Below, piece after piece: positions 20,768 through 30,261 of a stretch of 64,000 bases of DNA. Each line of letters begins with the position of its first letter. Positions within the stretch are counted from its first letter, which is position 1. A model generated the notes under the pieces. It did no database searches. It saw nothing but the letters and a program-made list of their open reading frames with translations, and was not told the DNA's origin. This DNA is from Candidatus Bathyarchaeota archaeon (GTDB lineage Archaea; Thermoproteota; Bathyarchaeia; Bathyarchaeales; Bathycorpusculaceae), in NCBI GenBank assembly GCA_963720565.1, contig CAVRFW010000009.1, positions 256,001 to 320,000 on the forward strand, written 5' to 3'. A program made the translations under genes and the position numbers.

Positions 20768-21784
20768 CTAGTGATAGAGGTCTGGGTAGCCGACTTCTGT
20801 ATTGCGTGGGGCATTCTGAGCCTTCTATGAAGGCGGCTTTTTCTATCCAGCCGACGACAGGTTGAGGTGCATCGTCTACGAGTGGTTGTACGGCGGGGAA
20901 GAATAGGCTTTGTCCATAGTCGTCTTTGCCGTAGTCTTCTATGAATTGTTGCGTTTCAGTTGAAACTAGGTAGACTATGAAGTCCATTGCGTCCTCGAAG
21001 TTTATCTTCTCATGGATTGTTTGGTTAGCTGCTACTGTCTGGTTGACTGCCATGGCGCTGTAAACGTTAAGTAGCGATTCAGCTTCGTCTATGAGTGCAA
21101 CCTCGGAGGTTATGCCGTCTTTCTCGTACTTCAGGAACGTTCCAATGTCGGATAAGTGTGTAGGCTAATTTCTCGTTTGCCACGTTGAGCGTGTCACCCA
21201 TGCCTGAGCCTGTAATTCCGAACCATGGTTCAGCAGAGATCAGTGTGTAGTTGTAGCCTGCTGATTTCCAGAGGCTTTGTTCTTTGGTGTGAGTGCCGGA
21301 GTTGTCTCCTCTGGAGATCCAGATTTTGGTTGTGCCTGACTGGTCAGTTAGGTTTCCTCCGTAGTTTGCAATGTTTCTTAGGGCTTCGGTTTGTGGTTTT
21401 TCCTTGGGTGTCTGCGGGGTCATTCTCTGGTCCTACTATGGTGAAGAAGTTGTAGGCTATTATTTTCCTGTTGACTCCCCAGCCTTCCTCGAGGAAAGTT
21501 TTTTCTTGCGATGGGGCGTGAACGAGGATTAGGTCTGCGTCACCGTTTTTCGCGTGCTGTATGGCTATTCCTGTTCCAGCGGATATTATGTTGATGTCTA
21601 CGTTTGGGTTTTTGGCTTCGTAGTCTTTTTCAAGTTCGTCTAGTAGTCCTGTGTCGTAGAGGCTTGTGGTTGTGGATATTATGAGTCTTCTTTTTGAGAG
21701 GTAGTTGAAGTAGACTAGTGTGCCTGCGATTACTATTATGGTTGCGAGTGCTGCGACTATGAGTAGTTTTTGCCAAGTTTGCAT
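20768..21784 (-). CDS. tupA: tungstate ABC transporter substrate-binding protein (three +1 frameshifts near 21391, 21154, 20795)
   Basis: STTTSLYDTGLL, GTG.A, LVHAP, SRGDNSGTHTKE, GMGDTL, YTLSDIGTF, LLNVY; three ORF pieces join into 337 aa ending GYPDLYH*. Confidence 0.88.
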
Positions 21785-21794
21785 GTTTAAACAC

Positions 21795-21818
21795 CGTTAT
21801 GTTTTGTCATTCATCTCG
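21795..21818. promoter_or_regulatory. candidate ModE-type operator CGTTATG-N10-CATCTCG
   Basis: Imperfect inverted repeat between tupA and the divergent ModE-like gene, next to the palindromic TATA TTTATAAA (21824-21831). Confidence 0.55.
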
Positions 21819-21858
21819 CTAAATTTATAAACTTTCCCGTAAATATGCTCTAAACAGA

Positions 21859-22416
21859 ATGTCCACCTACAAAAAACATAAGCCCTCGGCAAAGATTTGG
21901 ATAGAACACAAAGGAAAGCCGCTGATAGGACAGGGAGGGGCAGAAATCTTGGAGGCCGTCGCAAAGGAAAATTCGTTGTCTGCTGCTGCAAAAACGCTGC
22001 ATATGTCTTACCGTTACTTGTGGAATTACATCCAGAAAATAGAGAAGACGTTGGGCGACCCCGTAGTCGACACGTACAAAGGCGGCAAAGCTGGAGGCGG
22101 TGGCGCGAAGCTCACAGTGCTTGGTCAAAACTTGCTCAGTGAGTACAAGAGAGTTGAGGGCTGTTTAGATAGGTTTCTTTCTGACCCTGATTATTGGGAG
22201 GTGATAGGTTTGAAAACAAGCGCTAGAAACCAGTTGAAGGGAAAAGTTGTTTCAGTCGAGAAAGATGGAATTATGGCGAAAGTGAAAATTGAAATTAATG
22301 TGCCCGCGGTGATCACTTCGGTCATTACTAAGGAAGCCGTTGAGGACTTGGGCATAAAAGTAGGTGATGAAGTCGTGGCTGTCGTGAAGTCAACAGAAGT
22401 GATGATTGCCAAATAG
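21859..22416 (+). CDS. modE: ModE-like regulator (HTH + TOBE/Mop)
   Basis: SLSAAAKTLHMSYRYLW...GGKAGGGGAKLT, then TSARNQLKG...ITSVIT...KSTEV. Confidence 0.88.
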   Translation: MSTYKKHKPSAKIWIEHKGKPLIGQGGAEILEAVAKENSLSAAAKTLHMSYRYLWNYIQKIEKTLGDPVVDTYKGGKAGGGGAKLTVLGQNLLSEYKRVEGCLDRFLSDPDYWEVIGLKTSARNQLKGKVVSVEKDGIMAKVKIEINVPAVITSVITKEAVEDLGIKVGDEVVAVVKSTEVMIAK

Positions 22417-22427
22417 TCTTTCTTTTT

Positions 22428-22982
22428 TTATTCTATGACGTAGCGGTAGGTTATGTAGTATTCGCCTGCCGTCTGGCTGTTTCTTTTCACTCTTAGGATG
22501 TCGCCTGGTTTTGCTCCGATGACTTTGACTGCGGGGTCTGTGGATTGTATTTGCGGCATCTGGTATGGCTGCACTTTGTACTTCGTAAGCAGTTCTTCTC
22601 TTTCTTTCTTTGTGAGGATTTCATGTTTGGGCACTAAAGCATGGTCGAAAATGTCGAAGACCGGGAATGATTTGGGCAGGAGCTCCACGTTCTTTTTCTT
22701 GGCGCCTTGCTTAACCGCGTGTGTGTAGCGTCCTTCGGTGACGACGATGGCGCGTTCCAGCTCTTTTTCTTTCATGACTTTGTAGAGCGTATTCATTGCT
22801 GCAATGCCTACTGTCGCTGAGCCAAGGATGCACCAGACCAGGGCTTTTTCTTTGTCTTCTGGAATGTTTATGGTGTAGCCGATTGCGCCTTCAAAAGTTT
22901 CTTTATTGATAAGCTTGTATTTTCTGAGCTTGATGAGGACTTCTGCCTTTCGCTCTTCGATGGTTTCAACTTTACTGCTCAA
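22428..22982 (-). CDS. rpo5: RNA polymerase subunit Rpo5/H with an extra N-terminal (Rpb5-jaw/Mrr-like) domain
   Basis: C-terminal [10 protein letters not shown]...[11 protein letters not shown]...[18 protein letters not shown]...YRYV; ~105-aa N-terminal extension. Confidence 0.9.
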   Translation of the reverse strand: MSSKVETIEERKAEVLIKLRKYKLINKETFEGAIGYTINIPEDKEKALVWCILGSATVGIAAMNTLYKVMKEKELERAIVVTEGRYTHAVKQGAKKKNVELLPKSFPVFDIFDHALVPKHEILTKKEREELLTKYKVQPYQMPQIQSTDPAVKVIGAKPGDILRVKRNSQTAGEYYITYRYVIE

Positions 22983-23198
22983 ACCTTAAACCTCATTGAT
23001 AAACAAGTACGCGAAAAACCTAAACAACGCTTTAGCCCTTAAACTTTTCCCTTAACATTTTGATAGCGCACGCTAATCCATCCCTGTAGAACCGAGAACT
23101 CGGTCAACCCCTTTTCCTTTTTCTGAGCGCACACTTTCGAACAAAAGCAGAATCAAGAACTCATGGTACCACTAGGCAGTGCGTGCTAAGTGCGGAAG

Positions 23199-26100
23199 CT
23201 AGCTTTTTTCAGCTTTAACGTATACTTCAGTATTCACTTGTTTTGCGGGGTGACCAAGAAAATCAGATAGATGACCTTTCCAAACAGGATTTGAATTAGC
23301 CGTGAATCCAACGGTTTGTGAAATTCCACGCCACAGCAAAGCTTTGTCGTAGTCTTTAGCATCCTGAGGCATAAATTCGAAAATCGACCGGCTCGCAACA
23401 ATAACCAGCTTCTTTTTCATCCGCGAAATAGCCACGTTGATTCTCTTCAAATCAAGCAGGAAATCGCTCTCGGTACGCACGTAATCAGGATCACTAACCG
23501 TGGAAGAAATAATAATCAAATCAGCTTCTCCGCCCTGAAAACGCTCAACCGTGTCAATCTTCACCTTATCGGAATAATCAGACAGCATATTCTTCAAGAC
23601 ACCCTTCTGCGCATTATGCGGCGTAATCACACCCACGCTGTCTGATTTCACATCGCGGACCAAAGCATCAACAATCGAAGCCTCAACCAGATTCGACTGA
23701 AAACTCTCCGCTTCATCATGAACAACCAAAACCAAAACATTCTCCGGATCAAGAACAACCCTCAAACCTTCTGTCTTAGGATCCGAATCAGCCAAAGTCG
23801 CCTTTTGATCGGAATGAAAATCAATCTTATCCATCTCATAAACCCACTCTTTCAAAAACTCCGCAACAACCATGTGGCAACGGTGACTCTGACACAAACG
23901 CTCCGCCGGAATATCCGCGCCAGCTACACACTTGATCCTCTCAATCCCAAGATCTTCTTTGCGTAGCAAACGCAGAAAATCCATAGCAGACAAGAAGGAC
24001 GCCATCTCTTCCAACGTCCGACGATCTTCCTTCTCCCAATTATGCGCTTGAATCGGAGGTAGCTGACGATGATCTCCCGCCACAAGAATCTGACTGCTTG
24101 CACACAGAAAAGAACCCGAGAGAATCAGCTCAGGCAAACGCATCATGCTCGCCTCATCAACCACAAGCAAATCAAAAAAGCCCTCACCCCAAGGAGGTTC
24201 AGTCCCCCCAATCTTCTTCATAAGACCATACAACCCTGGAGGAGTAACACACAACACCAAAGGAAAACTGCCCGAAACATCCGAAGTTAACGTCGTCTGA
24301 TTCATTAAACTATCCTTTAGTTCCTTAACCGCCTCTTCATCTTCGTTATAATTAACATAGGTAACTCCCTCAAGAGGTCTAACCGAAGAACTATCGTTGC
24401 TCAGAACCCGGTAGACCCTGAGACTAGCAAGGTCCTCGCCGCCCTTAGCGCAGTATTCTCGCCAGGAATCAGAAAGTTTGCTTACAAACTCGTGAATCGC
24501 CTTGTGAGTGGGGGCAACCATCAACACTCTACACCTAGAACTAGCCCTGTGGGCTGCAACATGGGCTAAAACCGCTAACTGCAAAGTCTCAGTCTTCCCC
24601 GTCCCAGGCGGCCCCTGAAGCATCACAACCTGTGCCTGTCCAAAAACGCGTTCGATGAAGCGACTCTGCTCAGGCTTAGGAGGAAAACGTTTGCCCTCAA
24701 CCCACCGCATAAAAGAATCGGCAGCATCCCTCGACAAAACGGTATGCGCAGATTTGTCTGACCTGCCTGCCAAGAAACTCTCCAACAAACAATACAACAC
24801 ATTACTGTCTGCATAATCAAGACATTTTGCAGCCCTATCCGAAATTATATCATCCGCCAACTCATCCAAAATATAGCATCGCCCAGCCTCAAAAAGCTGG
24901 AGATACCTGCTCTTAGCCTTCTCAGGATCAGAAGTCGGAAGATTATGCCAAGCACTATACTTGCGACCCTTGCCACTTGGCCAACTCACCACCTTCACAG
25001 TCAACTCTAGCTTTCGCACATCAATCTTGTCAACAATAACGCGGGCTGACTTCTCAATCTCAGAAGGCGAACGCTTCTGAACTTCCTCAAACTGTCCCTG
25101 CTCGTTGCGCCGCACCTCAGTCGCAACCATCCAATCACCCGAACTCGAACCGTCAGACCCCTTAATCCTGCAAGCATTGGCCGCACAATCCGCCTTAGGC
25201 AGACCAATGCCCTCATAAACTAGTTTACCGCGAACCACAAACTCCCGCTCGCTTTCCAATACATCAGTGCACTCGAAAATTAAAGACCGCCCCGAAACAA
25301 CACGCTGATACGGTAACAAAGCATAATGCTGATACAACTCTTGACGTTTTGCAAAATATTCCAGATCCAAAAACTCTCTACAACTTCGTTCTAAAGTTAC
25401 AGGACCCAACGAAAACTCCGTTATCTTCGGAACCGCAATCGGCTTCTTGCCCAACCGCCTATTCCGAATCGACAACGACCGCTCAATGTGCTCAAGAACC
25501 AAACAAAGTTTCGCACCCATAAGCGTGAGCTCTTCATCGCTGATTCGCCTAGTCTTGTGCGGATAATCACACCACATGCGCTTCTCCAGGAAGATTCGAG
25601 CATAACCCTTCTCGTCACGGTTTTCTAGGCGACCCTTAGCTCCCCACACGTACTCAATCGGAATTTGATCCCCAAATCGAGCCCGAGCAGGATAATACCC
25701 CTCACTGCGTCTGGATTCATCATATCCAAGAAGAAAAGACATTGAACCGTCGCGATTGTGAACGTAAGGAAGAGAATAACTAAAAAAACCATCGCGAAAA
25801 ACCGAATGCAAATCCACTGTTGATCCGTCTCGGCGCCTAACAATCCACTGATTACGGTCAAAAAGACCGGATTGCTCCAGAACAGGCAAAAGCCCCGAAC
25901 TGTGAAACCTAAGAGCCTTCCGATGCACAACTTCATCTTGAATAATCGAAAACATCGGCTGATCAATCGCTTCCCTAAGACCCAAAAGATCCCTCACCGC
26001 ATGTGCACTCATCAAAGAGGGTTGCCGACGAACCGCATCCATCAGAACGTCCCGTTCACGCCGAGTAAAGAAATAAAGATGAATCGGCGCCTCATCTGGG

Positions 26101-27551
26101 CTTCCCACCTCATTGGCTATCTTTGTCACTGCATTATTAACCTCTTGGAAAAAAGCTTCCAGCAGCTTCCTCTCTTCCTCCAATCCTTCTTCGTGCTCAT
26201 CTGGAAGACTCCCGATTATTCGAGAAACACTCAAAGACTCTCCATGGTAACGAGTGCAACTCACTCTGGCGCTGACCATGGAAATAATATCCAACATGTA
26301 GTCCCATTCAACATAAAGATAAACTCGGATCATGCCGTCAGGCCTAAACGAAAGCGCTGAATTCTCCCCCGGTGACGGGCTATCCTCGGGAAGACTGCCA
26401 AACCCGGTGCCAGTTAGCCACGGCATCCACCTGCCCTTCATCGCAAAAGAACTATTGGGCCGAATTCCTCCCAACATGAACTGAGCCCGCTCAACCAACC
26501 AATCAAGCTTGGAACCCACAACAGGATCAGCAGCCAACAGACTGACTCTGTCAAAATCCACAGCAGGTAGACCCTTGAAATCATACGGCCGCAAGCTACC
26601 CGCATCTGGAACAACCTTCAATCTTCCTAGATCCTCAAGACGTTCAACTCCATGATTCCGAAGCGCATTCTGCTCTCCCCTGCTCAAATTAAGCAGCGAA
26701 ATGCTTTCGCTCTCAATAGCGGTAACTATACAGCACTCATTGAAACCGCAATTGTCACAACGCCAGCAAAGCTGATACTCTACTTCGGATAAAGGGCTCT
26801 GATGGATACGCTGTAGCTCGCCGTTTTTTCCGAGAAGCCGCTCAACATCCTGAACCAAGGGGTTGAGCTTAAACTGCGGAAGAACGCTTGGATCAAGATT
26901 CTCCAAATCCGTCTCCTTATTTATCACTCCACCTTCAAACTCAACCTTCGTAGCAAGGCTTCCCAACCCCTGAGAAAGAAGCAACATGTAAATTGCCACC
27001 TGAATACGATGCGCTGTCTGCTCCTTCCAAGAGGCTTTTAATTCAAAGATCCTTACCTTCACTTTGCCCGCCTTGAAAGGCCAAACGGCAATCAAGTCGG
27101 CAATCCCGACAATATCCCAAACACCGATATGCCCTTTCATAGGCACCTGATAGAGTAAAACAGGCTTACAATCAACATTCTCTACTGCAGAAATCTGATT
27201 CTTGATAGTCTCCTGCAAAACATGCAAAGAGTCTTCCCAAGCTTTTTGCCAACCCACAACTCGAGGATTATAGGCACTGAAATCAACATAACTGGCAGCC
27301 TTCTCTTTCAGCTCACTAACCTTTTTTTCCTCAAGCATTTTTCCCGCGCCATAAAGCAGAGGGCTAATCGGCTTAAACGCCTCAATCCACCTGCGTCTTC
27401 TTTCCTCATGACCCTCATACTTCAGCTTGAAAAAACGCGGACAACAATTGAAGCGAATATACTCCGCTATTCCCGAGGCAGATAATGCGGGCAAACCGTC
27501 AGACCGCATTCCTTCATCCGACAACTCTTCAAAGAAGTCATTTGTACCCAA
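23199..27551 (-). CDS. RecB/Cas4-like nuclease fused to an SF1 (Upf1/Dna2-like) helicase, 1450 aa
   Basis: CCPR, GIADL, FELK, HRIQVAIY, CWRCDNCGFNECC; helicase motifs QGPPGTGKT, APTH, DEAS, GDHRQLPP, ITPHNAQ, TVERFQG, RINVAISR. Confidence 0.88.
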   Translation of the reverse strand: MGTNDFFEELSDEGMRSDGLPALSASGIAEYIRFNCCPRFFKLKYEGHEERRRRWIEAFKPISPLLYGAGKMLEEKKVSELKEKAASYVDFSAYNPRVVGWQKAWEDSLHVLQETIKNQISAVENVDCKPVLLYQVPMKGHIGVWDIVGIADLIAVWPFKAGKVKVRIFELKASWKEQTAHRIQVAIYMLLLSQGLGSLATKVEFEGGVINKETDLENLDPSVLPQFKLNPLVQDVERLLGKNGELQRIHQSPLSEVEYQLCWRCDNCGFNECCIVTAIESESISLLNLSRGEQNALRNHGVERLEDLGRLKVVPDAGSLRPYDFKGLPAVDFDRVSLLAADPVVGSKLDWLVERAQFMLGGIRPNSSFAMKGRWMPWLTGTGFGSLPEDSPSPGENSALSFRPDGMIRVYLYVEWDYMLDIISMVSARVSCTRYHGESLSVSRIIGSLPDEHEEGLEEERKLLEAFFQEVNNAVTKIANEVGSPDEAPIHLYFFTRRERDVLMDAVRRQPSLMSAHAVRDLLGLREAIDQPMFSIIQDEVVHRKALRFHSSGLLPVLEQSGLFDRNQWIVRRRDGSTVDLHSVFRDGFFSYSLPYVHNRDGSMSFLLGYDESRRSEGYYPARARFGDQIPIEYVWGAKGRLENRDEKGYARIFLEKRMWCDYPHKTRRISDEELTLMGAKLCLVLEHIERSLSIRNRRLGKKPIAVPKITEFSLGPVTLERSCREFLDLEYFAKRQELYQHYALLPYQRVVSGRSLIFECTDVLESEREFVVRGKLVYEGIGLPKADCAANACRIKGSDGSSSGDWMVATEVRRNEQGQFEEVQKRSPSEIEKSARVIVDKIDVRKLELTVKVVSWPSGKGRKYSAWHNLPTSDPEKAKSRYLQLFEAGRCYILDELADDIISDRAAKCLDYADSNVLYCLLESFLAGRSDKSAHTVLSRDAADSFMRWVEGKRFPPKPEQSRFIERVFGQAQVVMLQGPPGTGKTETLQLAVLAHVAAHRASSRCRVLMVAPTHKAIHEFVSKLSDSWREYCAKGGEDLASLRVYRVLSNDSSSVRPLEGVTYVNYNEDEEAVKELKDSLMNQTTLTSDVSGSFPLVLCVTPPGLYGLMKKIGGTEPPWGEGFFDLLVVDEASMMRLPELILSGSFLCASSQILVAGDHRQLPPIQAHNWEKEDRRTLEEMASFLSAMDFLRLLRKEDLGIERIKCVAGADIPAERLCQSHRCHMVVAEFLKEWVYEMDKIDFHSDQKATLADSDPKTEGLRVVLDPENVLVLVVHDEAESFQSNLVEASIVDALVRDVKSDSVGVITPHNAQKGVLKNMLSDYSDKVKIDTVERFQGGEADLIIISSTVSDPDYVRTESDFLLDLKRINVAISRMKKKLVIVASRSIFEFMPQDAKDYDKALLWRGISQTVGFTANSNPVWKGHLSDFLGHPAKQVNTEVYVKAEKS

Positions 27552-27932
27552 CCAAACGGTCGCCCCTTATCTTCATGTCCTCTCAAATCTTAACCATACG
27601 TACCCACAACCAAACTTAAAGAGGTTCCCAAAAACAAAACGCCCGTCTCCACTTTTCCCAATTCTCAGAAACCTGCTGCTTCCACTATCATCACACCTTT
27701 TCTTGGGAATTAAGCAATTAGTAAAGAGACAGTTTTGTCCTCACACTCTGCAGGCTCGGTGAAAATTAGTCAAGATTAATCATTTTGTGGTTCTATCAAT
27801 CTTTGTTTTGGCAATTGCTAATGGTTGCTTTGCTAGTTTGGTTTGAGTTCTAACTAGAAGCCTAACACTAACATTGTAACCGTTAAATATTGGAAACCAT
27901 AACTGAAGCGCGTCAACAGTAGGGCGAAACAA

Positions 27933-29141
27933 TTGAAGTACATCAGCAACTCCCTGTCGCAGGAATCATCCGTGTTTCTAAACTTGGTCCGGTTTGTCGC
28001 CTGCGAAATGGTTGTTGTCTGCCACTTGTTAACGAAGTATCAACCCGCGATTGGCCAGGCATCATTCAGGCTGGGCAGCACACTGGGCGGAGTAGCGGTG
28101 CTATTGTTTTTCATCCTTTCTGGACTGCTGATCTGCTACTCATTGTTGAACAAACTGGGGAATCCGATGTATCGGTTCAGGAATTTCTTCGTTGACAGGT
28201 TCAGCCGCATATATTCTGGACTGGTTCCAGCACTGCTAATTGGAGCATTTTTTTCTGCCTTAATTTACATCACCAACTACGAGTATTACGTTTACCTGTG
28301 CTCGATGCAGTCTGCGCCTTCCCTGTTGACTTTCTTAATGACCTTGGGCATGTTGCAGCGGTTTCCAGTTGCCTTCTTCAATTCTCTCCTCTCGCCGCTT
28401 AGGCTATCGTTTCCATTGCCCAGCGTCACACCCTTCGGATTTAACGGCATCTTGTGGACGCTAGCCGTTGAATGGTGGATCTACATGGCTTTCGGATGGT
28501 TCGTCATCGGATCACTGGCGTTATTGGGCAAACGCCAAAGAAGCAATGCCTACAAAGTCGTATTCTTTATCGTCGCGGCTGCTCTGAGTCTATTAATTGC
28601 AGGATTTTCTCAGGAATTTGGAAGTTCCATCATCGTCTGGTTTATCGGCGCATTGATGACGCTGGCAATCAGCAGCGAGACCCTCAGATCCAAACTCTCA
28701 GGTCGCCTAGCAACAAGAGTATCGGCTTTGCTTTTCGTTCTGGCTATTGTAGGCGCGACTTTCGGCGCTTACGCAGCGTTTGCCTGGACAAGCCAATACT
28801 ACGATGTTTTCTTAGGATTGGAGTTATCGGCGTTTGTTTTCTTCGGCGTATTACTTCTAAATGGAAAAGGAATCGGACGCGTATCAAAATGCATATTGAA
28901 TAAGCATATCGTCAAATGGGTCACAGTCGGAGCAGGCTTCTCATACACCCTATTCTTGACACATTATCCGATAATCATATTTCTCAACGGTTTGAATCTG
29001 CCAATAGATCGGCTTCTAATGTCGCTGCTATTACTGCTGATTACGAATTTCGCAGCATTCTCAATTGCCTATTTCACTGAAAAAAGACACAAAAATCTAG
29101 CCATAACAATCAAGAGATTATTTCGCATGCAACAGAGCTAG
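27933..29141 (+). CDS. acyltransferase family 3 (OafA-like membrane O-acyltransferase)
   Basis: LNLVRFVA..MVVVCH, AV.LFFILSGLLI, RFSRIY, NGILWTLAVEWWIY, SYTLFLTHYP, FTEK. Confidence 0.9.
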   Translation: MKYISNSLSQESSVFLNLVRFVACEMVVVCHLLTKYQPAIGQASFRLGSTLGGVAVLLFFILSGLLICYSLLNKLGNPMYRFRNFFVDRFSRIYSGLVPALLIGAFFSALIYITNYEYYVYLCSMQSAPSLLTFLMTLGMLQRFPVAFFNSLLSPLRLSFPLPSVTPFGFNGILWTLAVEWWIYMAFGWFVIGSLALLGKRQRSNAYKVVFFIVAAALSLLIAGFSQEFGSSIIVWFIGALMTLAISSETLRSKLSGRLATRVSALLFVLAIVGATFGAYAAFAWTSQYYDVFLGLELSAFVFFGVLLLNGKGIGRVSKCILNKHIVKWVTVGAGFSYTLFLTHYPIIIFLNGLNLPIDRLLMSLLLLLITNFAAFSIAYFTEKRHKNLAITIKRLFRMQQS

Positions 29142-29256
29142 GTAAAACATCTAACTCTTCAGCTCTTGGCAAAACTAAATCCGCATGTTTCAAAAACGAT
29201 AGTAAGGCGACTATAGCAACCAAATGATAAGAAATACTTTGTTGCTCAGAGAAAGA

Positions 29257-29754
29257 TTAGTCTGCTTCGGCTAGGTAGACCTTGACGTTGCCGTCCTTGT
29301 CTTTTGCGGCGCGTACGCGAATTTTCCTTGGCGGTTTCTCTATGCCGTGGCTCCAGACTTTCTCGTTAACTTCCTTGCTTAGAACGAGCGTGGGCATTTC
29401 TCCTTCTTCCTCTTCTTCCACACGCATTTCCAATTTCATGTGTTTAGTTATGAAGTCTCTAATCATGTGCATGGCGCGGGGAGCTCTCTTCTTCGGAGGG
29501 CGAATCCAAGCTTTAGCCAACGGGATTGTGTAGATTCGCTCTTCAACAATGTCTTCTTCCTCGCCTTTCTTTTTCTTCTCTGGCTTTTTCGTTTCCTCTT
29601 CTTTCACTGGGGCTTCGGCGTCTTCTGTTTCAGCAGCTTCTTCCGTTGTTTCTTCGTCTAGGAGCTCTTCAACTTCTTGCTCGACATCTTCTTGTTCGGT
29701 CAACCCTGCTTCTTTTTCGTCAGTGATTTCTTCAGGCACTTGTTTGTCTTTCAC
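29257..29754 (-). CDS. rpl31e: 50S ribosomal protein L31e with acidic N-terminal extension
   Basis: EERIYTIPL...KRAPRA...VNEKVWSHGIEKPPRKIRV. Confidence 0.95.
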   Translation of the reverse strand: MKDKQVPEEITDEKEAGLTEQEDVEQEVEELLDEETTEEAAETEDAEAPVKEEETKKPEKKKKGEEEDIVEERIYTIPLAKAWIRPPKKRAPRAMHMIRDFITKHMKLEMRVEEEEEGEMPTLVLSKEVNEKVWSHGIEKPPRKIRVRAAKDKDGNVKVYLAEAD

Positions 29755-29767
29755 AGTTCCAATTCTC

Positions 29768-29926
29768 CTATGGCTTTATGCTTCCCCGTCTCCAGTTTCT
29801 CTGTCGCTTAGGGTTTGTCCTGACTTTTCCACCTGTCCGCGCTATTACCCAAGTTGGAACGGACTTCTTCTCCTTGTTAGCTTTAGATAATCTTCGTTTT
29901 TTAGCTGGAGGTTTAACTCTTGCCAT
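29768..29926 (-). CDS. rpl39e: 50S ribosomal protein L39e (absent from the ORF track)
   Basis: Hand translation [52 protein letters not shown]; canonical position before rpl31e. Confidence 0.93.
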   Translation of the reverse strand: MARVKPPAKKRRLSKANKEKKSVPTWVIARTGGKVRTNPKRQRNWRRGSIKP

Positions 29927-29928
29927 CT

Positions 29929-30258
29929 CTATATCCTTCTTATCGTTATGTCTCTTTTTCTAGATTGAAGTTGGAGGAGTATCTGTTTCAGCTGAGCATC
30001 TGAAAGAGGTATGGGCAGTTTACCCGCCTGCGCCAACTGTATTAGCTGAAGTTCAATCTGCTCAGTGAATTCCGGCTTAACCATGTTAAGGTTTGTCAGT
30101 CTCTGTCTAGCTTCAGGCGAAAGTATCTGTTTCAGCAAAGCCTGTTTCTGAGCTTCAACCTGTTGCGCTTCCTGAGACTGCCTCTGCTCGTCAGTCGCTC
30201 TTTGCTGATAGGACGACATCTTCCTTTTTCGGATAGCGTCAAGCTCATCATCTGACAT
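29929..30258 (-). CDS. PDCD5/TFAR19-family DNA-binding protein
   Basis: [18 protein letters not shown]...QLIQLAQ.G; canonical operon position. Confidence 0.93.
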   Translation of the reverse strand: MSDDELDAIRKRKMSSYQQRATDEQRQSQEAQQVEAQKQALLKQILSPEARQRLTNLNMVKPEFTEQIELQLIQLAQAGKLPIPLSDAQLKQILLQLQSRKRDITIRRI

Positions 30259-30261
30259 CGC

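Noticed and set aside
20768..21784. Programmed ribosomal frameshifting or true pseudogenisation of tupA
   Set aside because: No slippery heptamers, no other decay, and the same +1 pattern occurs in unrelated genes.
23064..23188. Imperfect 11-bp inverted repeat enclosing an ACCGAG-AA-CTCGGT hairpin between rpo5 and the helicase
   Set aside because: Too short and imperfect; no target-site duplication, no second copy and no C/D boxes to support a MITE or sRNA.
26700..27551. Cas4-like domain as a sign of a CRISPR-Cas system
   Set aside because: No repeat-spacer array and no cas1/cas2 or effector genes in the window; the domain is fused to an SF1 helicase.
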